DNA of 56,658 bases from a virus (Duplodnaviria; Caudoviricetes), in the IMG/VR virus record IMGVR_UViG_3300009156_000033, positions 1-56,658 of that record; one strand, given 5' to 3'. Below the pieces are notes generated by a model, which was not told the origin of the DNA, did not search any database, and saw only the letters and a list, made by a program, of their open reading frames with translations. Shown one piece after another: positions 27,025 to 34,935 of the stretch. Numbering within the stretch: the first letter of the stretch is position 1; each line of letters begins with the position of its first letter. Made by a program: the position numbers and the translations under genes.

Positions 27025-29342
27025 GCGCTACGCCCCTGAAGGTCATGGAAATAATCGAGGACCTCAAACTCGCCGACGAACTGCGAGCGCCCAATCGCGC
27101 GCTGATTCTGCGACAGATGAACGGAGAGGCTCCGTTTACCTCCGCACAGATGGCCGAGAACAAAATTGACGTGTCGTTCAATACCAAAACCGGCACCAAC
27201 CTGCTCGCTCAGGCCAATCGCCAGTGGTCCAACGCGTTTCTAAAAACGGCGCACTACTTCCATGTGGACCTCGAAGATGCGCCCGTGGACAGGGCGCTGG
27301 ACTGGGAGCAAATCGTCACGAAGGAAGCAAACCGCCCGTTGAAGCGGAGCCGCGCCTACTATCAACTCGTACGCGAAACCGGAGCGGGCGTCATGCTTAC
27401 CGGCGTCGGCTCAAAGATGTGGGCTCCGTTCGACGATTCGTGGTGCCCGTACTTTGTGCCCATCGAGGATTTGCTCATACCCACGGATACGACGGTGTCG
27501 ATGGACATGAGCCACTTCGCGGTACGTCGAAGCATGAGTTACTGGGAGCTGTACTCGAAGACGTTCGCGAAGAAGGACAACATCGACCCTGGGTGGAACA
27601 AAAAAGTCGTGCGCGACATGCTGGCGTCGATCAAGGACAAAACGCAAAGCGACGTGCACTGGGATTGGCAAAATGCGCCAGAGAAAATGGCAGAGCTGTT
27701 CAAGCAGGACGCAACGTACTGGCAGTCGGACGCCGTGCCCAAGATTCGCTTGTGGGATTTTTATTCGCAGGACAACACCAGCGGCAAGTGGAACATGCAA
27801 ATCGTGCCTGACTCGAATTGGACGGCGACGTACGGGACGACGAGTGAGCCGGTCAGCTTCGTTTACGATAGCAAGAAGCCAGTCGCCGACGAGCTATCGA
27901 AGTTGATGCACATCCAGTTCGGCGACGGCAACGTTAAGAGTCCCTTCTTCTATCACAGCGTGCGGTCGCTGGCGTGGCTCCTATTCGACCTGTGCCAGGT
28001 GCAGGACATGACGTTGTGCAGGTTCATCGGGAAGGTGTTCGAGGACATGATGCTGCTCATGCGGGTGCAGGACCCGGCGGACAAGGCGACCGTGGACAAG
28101 GTGCACTTCGGGCTGCGGTACGGGCTGCTGCCCGAGGGCATCGGGTTCGTGACGCGCGAGCAGCGTTACCAGTTCGACCCGGCGCTGACGCAGATGCTCC
28201 TGTCGCAGTTGCGGCAGCACATGGGCGAGAGCGCGTCGAGCTACACGCAGGACATTGATAGCGGGACGGAGAAGGAACGGACGAAGTTCGAGGTGCAGGC
28301 GCTCTTGGCGCAGACGTCGGCGCTGCTCAGTTCGCTGCTCAACAACGCCTACATACAGGCGGAGTTCGAGTATCGCGAGATTGCGCGCCGGCTGTGCGAT
28401 CCCAAGAGCCGCAACAAGGACGCGAAGGCGTTCCGCAAGCGCTGCCTTGAGCAGGGCGTGCCCGAGAAGTGGCTCGACGTCGAGCGCTGGGAGATACACG
28501 CGGAGCAGGTGCTCGGCGGCGGCAGCAAGCAGCTTGAGATTGCGACCAGCGAGAAGCTCATGGGCGCTCGCCAGTTCATGGAGCCGTCGGCGCAGACGCG
28601 GGTGTTGCATAACTACGTGCTGGCGCTGACGGACGACGCGGGCATGGCAACGGCGCTGGCACCCATCAAGCCGACGAAGGTGACGGACACGGTGTTTGAC
28701 GCGGCGCTGGCGTGGGGGACGCTGATGACCGGCGTGCCGATGCCGGTGAAGGAGGGCGACTCGCACCGCGAAGTCGTCGAGACGCTCCTGCGCATGATGG
28801 CGATGAAGGTGCAGCAGATCATGCAGTCGGGCGGGGTCGGCACGCCGCAGGACGTGATCGGACTGATGAACGCGGCGCAGTATGTGTCGCAGCACATCGC
28901 GTTGCTCGCTCAGGACGAGAGCGAGAAGCAGCGGGTGAAGCAGTACGGCGACGTGCTCGGCAAGCTCGGCAACGAGGTCAAGGCGATGGCGCAGCGCCAG
29001 GCCGAAGCAGCGGCGCAACAAAACGGGCATCAGGACCCGGAGACGCAGGCGAAGGTCGCGGCGATCGCCATGACGACGCAGGCCAAGGTGCAGGCGAAGC
29101 AGATGACCGACTCGCAGAAGCTCGCGCACAAGGAGCAAGCGTTCCGGCAGAAGCAACAGCATGAGATGGAGAAGACGCGCGCCGACATGTTCGTGACGGG
29201 CATGGAAGGCGTGACGGAGGCCGGCGCGGAGGCGAGTCGGTCGCGGGCCGAGGTGCGCGCGATCGAGAAGAAGGCCGACGCCGAAGCCGAAGCGGTCAAG
29301 AAGAAGGCCGCGGCAGCGCCGAAGAAGTCGGGCGGCGACTGA
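27021..29342 (+). CDS. Portal protein (P22-like, long helical C-terminus)
   Basis: 773 aa in the terL operon; RTKFEVQA motif and Gln/Ala/Lys-rich C-terminal helix. Confidence 0.7.
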   Translation: MSATPLKVMEIIEDLKLADELRAPNRALILRQMNGEAPFTSAQMAENKIDVSFNTKTGTNLLAQANRQWSNAFLKTAHYFHVDLEDAPVDRALDWEQIVTKEANRPLKRSRAYYQLVRETGAGVMLTGVGSKMWAPFDDSWCPYFVPIEDLLIPTDTTVSMDMSHFAVRRSMSYWELYSKTFAKKDNIDPGWNKKVVRDMLASIKDKTQSDVHWDWQNAPEKMAELFKQDATYWQSDAVPKIRLWDFYSQDNTSGKWNMQIVPDSNWTATYGTTSEPVSFVYDSKKPVADELSKLMHIQFGDGNVKSPFFYHSVRSLAWLLFDLCQVQDMTLCRFIGKVFEDMMLLMRVQDPADKATVDKVHFGLRYGLLPEGIGFVTREQRYQFDPALTQMLLSQLRQHMGESASSYTQDIDSGTEKERTKFEVQALLAQTSALLSSLLNNAYIQAEFEYREIARRLCDPKSRNKDAKAFRKRCLEQGVPEKWLDVERWEIHAEQVLGGGSKQLEIATSEKLMGARQFMEPSAQTRVLHNYVLALTDDAGMATALAPIKPTKVTDTVFDAALAWGTLMTGVPMPVKEGDSHREVVETLLRMMAMKVQQIMQSGGVGTPQDVIGLMNAAQYVSQHIALLAQDESEKQRVKQYGDVLGKLGNEVKAMAQRQAEAAAQQNGHQDPETQAKVAAIAMTTQAKVQAKQMTDSQKLAHKEQAFRQKQQHEMEKTRADMFVTGMEGVTEAGAEASRSRAEVRAIEKKADAEAEAVKKKAAAAPKKSGGD

Positions 29343-29489
29343 CAAAGGCGCACCGCTCGCGAATCCACAGCTCGTCGCACGGCCCGCGCCCGCGCTCCGA
29401 GCTTGACGGTAAGATTGCGGCGTGCCATTGTCGCGCCCGAACCTGTTTGGAGCGCTTACGCTCCGGCATACAACGACGAAAGGCACCCA

Positions 29490-29759
29490 ATGGCAAAGAA
29501 GCAAGGCGAACTCCCCGGCGTGGAGCGCAAGGTAATCAAGGCGGTCGAGAACGCAGCGGACGACTACGTGGACGTGCGCGACAAGCGAATGACACTGACG
29601 ACGAAGGAAGTTGAGAAGCGAGCGGTGCTCATCGCCGCGATGGAGGAGCACGGCATCACCAGCTACCGTTACGACGACCGCGTCATCACCCTTGAGGCGA
29701 AGGCGAAGGTCAGCGTCAAGAACGCCCACGACGGCGATGGGGAAAATGACAATGAATGA
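29490..29759 (+). CDS. Hypothetical protein
   Basis: MAKKQGELPGVE...; GAAAGG SD; TTGACG-17-CATTGT upstream at 29403. Confidence 0.65.
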   Translation: MAKKQGELPGVERKVIKAVENAADDYVDVRDKRMTLTTKEVEKRAVLIAAMEEHGITSYRYDDRVITLEAKAKVSVKNAHDGDGENDNE

Positions 29760-30342
29760 CGCCCACGACCCGCCCGGCGTGCCCACCCACGCCGACCCAT
29801 TCAGCGTCGAGCAAATCGAACTCGTCACCCGCGAGTGGCGTGCCAAGTGTGCCCGCCTCGCTTCGGAACGCGACGCGTTCCGGGACGCCCTCTGCAACAT
29901 TCGCGAGTGCGCCCCGAACCATTGGTCCCTCCCGTTCGAGGACGCCCCTATGCCGCTCACCGAGTACATCGACCTTATGCTCGACGCCGCCTACCCGCCC
30001 GACGCTCGTCGCACCGAACTCGCCAAGCACGCCCGCTCTGGCGTGCTTGGCACGCCGACGCCCAGCGCCGACCAACTCGCCCGCATCGCCGCTGACATCG
30101 AAACCGCCAACCGCGAGTGGCACGCCGCTGCTTCGGAGCGCGAGACGCTCCGGACCGCCGTCCAGCGCCTTCGCGGCGCCCTCTACTCCGTCCGCTCCGC
30201 CGCCGACATGCGCCGTTACGTCGTCATCGACTCCGTCGTCGCCCAGGCCCTCCGCGACACAGCCCACCTCCGCGTCCACACCGACGCCTCGGAGCCCAAC
30301 GCTCCCGTTCGCGGCGCCTCCGCCGAGGAGCCCACGCCATGA
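29752..30342 (+). CDS. Hypothetical protein
   Basis: Coupled ORF with coiled-coil segments. Confidence 0.5.
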   Translation: MNDAHDPPGVPTHADPFSVEQIELVTREWRAKCARLASERDAFRDALCNIRECAPNHWSLPFEDAPMPLTEYIDLMLDAAYPPDARRTELAKHARSGVLGTPTPSADQLARIAADIETANREWHAAASERETLRTAVQRLRGALYSVRSAADMRRYVVIDSVVAQALRDTAHLRVHTDASEPNAPVRGASAEEPTP

Positions 30343-30815
30343 TCCACATAACCAAGTCCCCAACCGCCGACACACGCACCTGCGACTTCGCCAACACGAC
30401 CAAGGAAACGCTGCTGGAGTCGTCACGCCAGCACATCGGCGACATCGTCAAGGCGCTCGCGTTCTTTCAAAGCTACATAACGCAGGCCGCAGGCGAGCAC
30501 GACTACGACAAGCTCACCGCGATTGACTGGTTCCACGCCGACTTCATCACTGGGTTCAAGCAGACGGGGTGGTACGACAACCATCGCCGAATCCACCGGC
30601 ACCACATTGACAAGCCTGATGGCGTGCCGAAGGACGTGAACTTGCTCGACGTGTTGGAGCACATTGCGGACTGCGTCATGGCAGGCATGGGTCGGAGCGG
30701 AAGCGTTTACGAACTCAAGTTGCCGGACGAACTCCTCCAGCGAGCGTTTCGCAACACTGTCGAGTTGCTCAAATCTCAAGTCGTCGTCGCCGATACGCTT
30801 CGCGGCGCCTCCGCC
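30308..30815 (+). repeat. 17-bp direct repeat flanking the HD gene
   Basis: TTCGCGGCGCCTCCGCC at 30308-30324 and 30799-30815. Confidence 0.8.
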
Positions 30816-30833
30816 CACGACCCCGCTCCTTGA
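30339..30833 (+). CDS. HD-superfamily hydrolase (DUF5662-like)
   Basis: H...HDYDK...H...HRHH...LLDVLEHIADCVMAG pattern. Confidence 0.6.
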   Translation: MIHITKSPTADTRTCDFANTTKETLLESSRQHIGDIVKALAFFQSYITQAAGEHDYDKLTAIDWFHADFITGFKQTGWYDNHRRIHRHHIDKPDGVPKDVNLLDVLEHIADCVMAGMGRSGSVYELKLPDELLQRAFRNTVELLKSQVVVADTLRGASAHDPAP

Positions 30834-30919
30834 CTCGCACCGGAGCGCCCCCCTAACCCCGTCCCAGCGCAGAACCGCCGTCTATTACGAGAGGCTCCTG
30901 ACGGGCAGGCGGCGGCGTG

Positions 30920-31062
30920 GGGGGTGACGGTGCGGTGACGGTCGGCGAGCAAAAAAGAATCCGGAATCCTTTTTTCGCGGTCGTGGCAGGAGGGCGCGAC
31001 GGGCGGCGCGACGGCGGCCCTAGTCGTAGGCCAGGTCGTAGGCGCGACGGGTCGGACCGCGA
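30920..31062. repeat. Repeat-rich non-coding convergence region (possible terminus or pac site)
   Basis: GGCGCGACGG x3 (30993, 31005, 31041), GTCGTAGGC x2, GGTGACGGT x2, imperfect A6/T6 inverted repeat at 30949-30978. Confidence 0.6.
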
Positions 31063-31122
31063 CGCAGACAGCAAAGAGCCCGGCGAGCGTGAGCTGGCCG
31101 GGCGTGTTAGGTAGTAGGTGCG

Positions 31123-31359
31123 CTAGTCGCGGGGCGGATCACAGAGCGCGTCGTTGAGCGCGTCGCGTACTTGGCGAGTAGTTTGCGCGATAGCGTCGGA
31201 CGACCAATTAGGCCACCCGCTTAAGGTACGCTCCGCTCGATACAACGCAGCGCGTAGCTTGTCGCGCTCGGCGCGCAGGGCGTCGCGCTCGGCGATCAAG
31301 CGATTGCACTCTGCGTAAAGCGCCGTTGCTGGCGTGTGCTTCGCGTCAGTCGGTTTCAT
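31123..31359 (-). CDS. Hypothetical early protein
   Basis: GGAGG SD; ATGA coupling. Confidence 0.6.
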   Translation of the reverse strand: MKPTDAKHTPATALYAECNRLIAERDALRAERDKLRAALYRAERTLSGWPNWSSDAIAQTTRQVRDALNDALCDPPRD

Positions 31360-31568
31360 CGGGCACCTCCGTTGTAGTCGCGCCAGCATCCCACCGAGCA
31401 GAACGGTTTCGCGTCAACGTAGCGCCGTCGCTGAACCGAGTCGCCTTCCCAGTAGTAGCGAAACTTCGCGGTCTGCCCGCACCAAGCGCACTCGCATTTG
31501 TCCGTGACGCGCTCGCGCATGAGTGATGCGCGGCCAAACGGATCGCGGTTGATTGACACAGCGTTCAC
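31356..31568 (-). CDS. Small Zn-finger protein
   Basis: CAWCG...FCSVGC; GGAGG SD. Confidence 0.65.
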   Translation of the reverse strand: MNAVSINRDPFGRASLMRERVTDKCECAWCGQTAKFRYYWEGDSVQRRRYVDAKPFCSVGCWRDYNGGAR

Positions 31569-31849
31569 TTCGCACCTCCGCCGTTGACGGTTGCGGTTGC
31601 GGTCGGCACGCGGATGAACAGCGTGCGCTCGTAGCTTTGTTCACGCCGAAACGGATCGGACAAGTCGCCCTCGTCACTGTGAACAAGCACGCGATTGTCA
31701 CCGCGATACCGGCAGAACAGCGGATTGAAATTGCCGATTTGTTCGCCGCGCAACGTGCGCTTGATAGTTTCGCGTACTGTATAGGGCGCACTACTGTCAA
31801 ACAGCGAATGCCCTGCCGCGACTTCGCGGACTTCGATTGTGTATTTCAT
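31565..31849 (-). CDS. Hypothetical early protein
   Basis: Coupled ORF. Confidence 0.6.
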   Translation of the reverse strand: MKYTIEVREVAAGHSLFDSSAPYTVRETIKRTLRGEQIGNFNPLFCRYRGDNRVLVHSDEGDLSDPFRREQSYERTLFIRVPTATATVNGGGAK

Positions 31850-32103
31850 ACGCGCGTGTCGTTAGGGGTTGCGGTTGCGCTCGGCGCTGCGAGATGCGGG
31901 CAGAGTATCGCGCCTACGCTCGGCTCAGGGTGCGACCCGCGAAACAAGTTTGCCCGCACTCGCGTTTCGTTCCCACACACAGCGCACTTGTACACATATA
32001 CAGTACGGTACGGCGATTGAGAGTCGCGGACACGTTCGCTTCGTAGCGGGCGTCGTAGGTCAATAGTAGCACCGCACAGTTGCGGCGCGTTGTTAGTGTT
32101 CAT
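31846..32103 (-). CDS. Small Zn-ribbon protein
   Basis: GGAGGA SD before ATG 32103; CAVCG; promoter TTGACG-17-TAGATT at 32252-32224. Confidence 0.6.
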   Translation of the reverse strand: MNTNNAPQLCGATIDLRRPLRSERVRDSQSPYRTVYVYKCAVCGNETRVRANLFRGSHPEPSVGAILCPHLAAPSATATPNDTRV

Positions 32104-32248
32104 ACTGTCCTCCGAACGGCGCAACGCATCGCGCTGAACACGACTCGCTGTGATGCGAGCCGACACGATGCGCGCGCCGAAATGTTTGTCGTGAGTTGCG
32201 TGAGTGTTCAGGTTCACGCGCACAATCTAGCACACGTCGAGCGTAGCG

Positions 32249-32566
32249 TCAAGCGCCGTTCGTTGGCGCTATCGGGCTCGCCGCACTCGCCTTACTTCGC
32301 CGCGTCGCGTTCCTCGCCTCTACTGGCTTCGGCTTCCCTTGTCCGCGTATCGCCATGCCTATCTCTTGGAGGTCCGCCCAAGCACGCATGAGTGCGGCTT
32401 GAACGTGAACCGGCGTTTCCTTGTCAGTGGCGGCGGCGTAAGCGCGATCCTGAAGGTCAAGGGTCTGAGTTAGGCGAGAAAGGCGGTGTTTACCGGCGCG
32501 AGGGCCGTTGGGCTTATCGCTCCGATAGCGGGCGGGAGAGGCTACGCACTCGGCAGTTGCGCTCAT
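32249..32566 (-). CDS. Hypothetical helical protein (weak small-terminase candidate)
   Basis: Helical core plus basic tail; TTGACG-18-TACCGT 7 nt before the ATG. Confidence 0.5.
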   Translation of the reverse strand: MSATAECVASPARYRSDKPNGPRAGKHRLSRLTQTLDLQDRAYAAATDKETPVHVQAALMRAWADLQEIGMAIRGQGKPKPVEARNATRRSKASAASPIAPTNGA

Positions 32567-32599
32567 GGGCGAGACGGTAAGCCAGTGGCGCGAGGGGCG

Positions 32600-32770
32600 T
32601 CAAGGGCGCTTGCTGGGCCGGCGTTGTTTGGCGGCGAGGACGGCCCAGCGCAAGGGGGCAGTGAGGACGGCGAGGAGGGCACCCAAGAGCCACAAGGCGA
32701 GGAGGAAGGCGGCGAACAGGGCGAACAGGCAGGCGACGGCGCCGATGATGAGGAGGGCGAGGTGGAACAT
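32600..32770 (-). CDS. Small membrane protein
   Basis: MFHLALLIIGAVACLFALFAAFLLALWLLGALLAVL...; 56 aa, below the ORF-track cutoff. Confidence 0.55.
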   Translation of the reverse strand: MFHLALLIIGAVACLFALFAAFLLALWLLGALLAVLTAPLRWAVLAAKQRRPSKRP

Positions 32771-32782
32771 GGCGCGGCGTGT

Positions 32783-32926
32783 TCAGCCAGGCAGACCGAG
32801 CCAAAGCCAGATGTAGATGGGGACGATGGACAGGACGAGGCCGCCGACGATGTAGAGGAGGCCGAAGCCGATGACGTAGGCGAAGGCGCCGACGAAGGCG
32901 CGGGCGGTGTAGGAGATGGGTTTCAT
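32783..32926 (-). CDS. Small membrane protein
   Basis: MKPISYTARAFVGAFAYVIGFGLLYIVGGLVLSIVPIYIWLWLGLPG; ATGA overlap. Confidence 0.55.
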   Translation of the reverse strand: MKPISYTARAFVGAFAYVIGFGLLYIVGGLVLSIVPIYIWLWLGLPG

Positions 32927-33255
32927 GGCGATGGGTTGGTAGCGCGGGCGATGGCGGCGCGGGCGGCGTTGTAAGCGGCCTGCTGGTGATCTGTGCGTCC
33001 TTTGCCCTTGTCGGGGAAGCCGGCAGGCGTGACGCAGTGCCGCAGCACTGCAACCAAGGCGGCGAGCAAGTCAGGGGCAGCGGCGCAGAGGCGGGCGTTA
33101 GCATCGCGTTCGCAGGGGCTTGTACGATGTTCGTTGCGGTCCATGAGGGCGATGCGGACCGCGGTCTCGTCGTTGAGGGCGTCGAGCGATGCACCTTGGT
33201 AAACGGAGCCGTAGGCGAACACCCAAGGGCCCGGCGTTGGTTGGATGTCGTTCAC
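32923..33255 (-). CDS. Conserved phage early protein (TPGPW...ANARL.AAAPDLL family)
   Basis: Recognisable motif pair TPGPW and DANARLCAAAPDLL. Confidence 0.75.
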   Translation of the reverse strand: MNDIQPTPGPWVFAYGSVYQGASLDALNDETAVRIALMDRNEHRTSPCERDANARLCAAAPDLLAALVAVLRHCVTPAGFPDKGKGRTDHQQAAYNAARAAIARATNPSP

Positions 33256-33491
33256 AGCGCCCCCTTTCGGCGTGTGGAGCACGCCGGGGCGGGAGCGGGA
33301 TCGTCACTGAGGACGGTGATCTGGCCCACGCGGTTGCCGTTCGCGTCCATGAGCGGGAACACGGTGCCCGCGTCGTTGGCGTTGATGGTTTCGATATTGA
33401 CGAGGCGACGGCGCAAGATGCGGGCGGCTTCCCAGCCCGGATTGCCCTCGAACGCAGCGTTGTCCATGTCCATCTCGATGAGCAGCTTCAC
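33252..33491 (-). CDS. Conserved phage early protein (DNAAF...D.NGN.VG family)
   Basis: MDNAAFE...EAARIL...LMDANGNRVG. Confidence 0.7.
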   Translation of the reverse strand: MKLLIEMDMDNAAFEGNPGWEAARILRRRLVNIETINANDAGTVFPLMDANGNRVGQITVLSDDPAPAPACSTRRKGAL

Positions 33492-33757
33492 AGCGCCCCC
33501 TTGTCCGGCGTGCTGGGGCACGCCAAGGCGTTCGCTTCGCTGGACGGTCCTAGGACGAGCCGGTAAGACTGGACGGCGATTGGGGAGCCGTTGGCGTGTC
33601 TGACGCGTCCTAGGGCAACGTAGGCGGTTTGCGGGCTATTCCCGGCGACGATTGAGGGCGTGATGGCCTGGATAATGGCGCTTTCGGCATCAGGGGCGTC
33701 GAAGGAGCGCCAGCCTTGCGGGTCGGTGGCGTCGATTTGGACGAGGTAAGTGTTCAC
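33488..33757 (-). CDS. Hypothetical early protein
   Basis: AAGGAGG SD; GTGA coupling. Confidence 0.6.
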   Translation of the reverse strand: MNTYLVQIDATDPQGWRSFDAPDAESAIIQAITPSIVAGNSPQTAYVALGRVRHANGSPIAVQSYRLVLGPSSEANALACPSTPDKGAL

Positions 33758-34044
33758 GGCGCCACCTCCTTCGCCGGGGCGGGCGTTGCGTCTTGCATCG
33801 CCTTTCGGATGAGCATGGCGACGCCTGCCAGCAGTTGTGCTTGGCGTTCAACCCAGCGGGGAGGATCATCGGCGCACAAGTCGGCGGCAATTGTGTCGCA
33901 GTCGTTTTGTGCGATTTCGAGCGCCTCAAGCAACTTATCCCGTTGGTCAAGGGCGGTGTGGATTTGCTCGGCTGGCGATTCGCCTGGCGCGATGCGTTCA
34001 AGGTCGGCGTATAAGCCGGGACCGATTTCGACGTGTATGTTCAT
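33754..34044 (-). CDS. Hypothetical early protein
   Basis: First full gene of the leftward early operon. Confidence 0.6.
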   Translation of the reverse strand: MNIHVEIGPGLYADLERIAPGESPAEQIHTALDQRDKLLEALEIAQNDCDTIAADLCADDPPRWVERQAQLLAGVAMLIRKAMQDATPAPAKEVAP

Positions 34045-34166
34045 ATCGTTGCGTCAGTTAGCGCCGCCGTCCCCCACGTGTAGAGACCGAAGCAAGGCGC
34101 TCCGGCACGCAAAGGACGGCGGCAAAGGGTGTTGTTTCGTTGATGCGTCTCTAATCGCATGTCCGC

Positions 34167-34233
34167 ATCATAAGCGTAGCGTCACGCTTTTGCAAGCGAA
34201 ATCTTGACGCCACGCTCGCTGGTGTCGTAACGT
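34167..34233. promoter_or_regulatory. Divergent promoters with inverted operator pair
   Basis: Minus strand: TTGCAA-17-TATGAT. Plus strand: TTGACG-18-TAACGT. TGACGCYACGCT at 34173-34184 (-) and 34205-34216 (+). Confidence 0.7.
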
Positions 34234-34240
34234 GTGCGCC

Positions 34241-34414
34241 ATGAAGAAGAACCAAGCAGCGGCGGCGTTAGGCAAGCTGGGCGGTCGAGCACGAGCCAAG
34301 GCGCTCGGAAAGGACGGTTGCCGCGAGGCGGCCCGGAGAGCGGGCATGGTTCGCGGCGCCCAAATGCGAGCTGAAGCTGCGCAGCGGCGAGCCGCAGCAC
34401 AGGATAGGCGTTAA
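34241..34414 (+). CDS. Small basic protein (AAALGKLGGRARA / KGG-like family)
   Basis: MKKNQAAAALGKLGGRARAKAL...; leaderless position. Confidence 0.65.
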   Translation: MKKNQAAAALGKLGGRARAKALGKDGCREAARRAGMVRGAQMRAEAAQRRAAAQDRR

Positions 34415-34616
34415 ACTCCGGGCGCTGTGACGCGTTTTGACCCCCTGTCCGCTGTCCTGACCCTCGCCAGCGCCCAAACGCGCCTCCTCATGGGTAACGG
34501 ACAGCGAAAAAGGGCATTCCAACGCGCGGTCAGACTGGCCCGCAATCGCTCCACGTTGCGATATGAGCGACTTTCCCCCCTTGCCGGTGCCCAAGTGCGT
34601 GCTACCCTCCCGCCGT

Positions 34617-34739
34617 ATGAGGCTGAGCCTTCCAGCGAACGCCCACGGTCGGCGCCAGGATTCCACATGGAACCCGGCGGCGCTTGTGGTGTGGCTCATC
34701 GTCGAGAACGACCGGCTCCGTGGCTGGGTGCGTGCGTAA
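34617..34739 (+). CDS. Possible 40-aa peptide
   Basis: TTGCCG-16-TACCCT 8 nt before the ATG; MRLSLPANAHGRRQDSTWNPAALVVWLIVENDRLRGWVRA. Confidence 0.35.
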   Translation: MRLSLPANAHGRRQDSTWNPAALVVWLIVENDRLRGWVRA

Positions 34740-34818
34740 GTGGGACGCGACGATTACGCCCATGTCGCAACCGTGCATTCTCCTCCTCCAACTCGGGACA
34801 TTGATTCATCCCCGTCGT

Positions 34819-34920
34819 CTTGCGCCTTGCATCTCTCTATAGATGCAATGCAAGGTGCAAGAGAACGCGACTTTTTGCACGCCACTTGCACGAAAAAGCG
34901 TGCAATGCAAGGTGCAAGAG
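34819..34920. repeat. Iteron-like putative replication origin
   Basis: TGCAATGCAAGGTGCAAGAG at 34844-34863 and 34901-34920; inverted CTTGCGCCTTGCAT and TTGCAC copies; abuts the helicase 3' end. Confidence 0.7.
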
Positions 34921-34935
34921 CAGCGTCGGTGCGCT

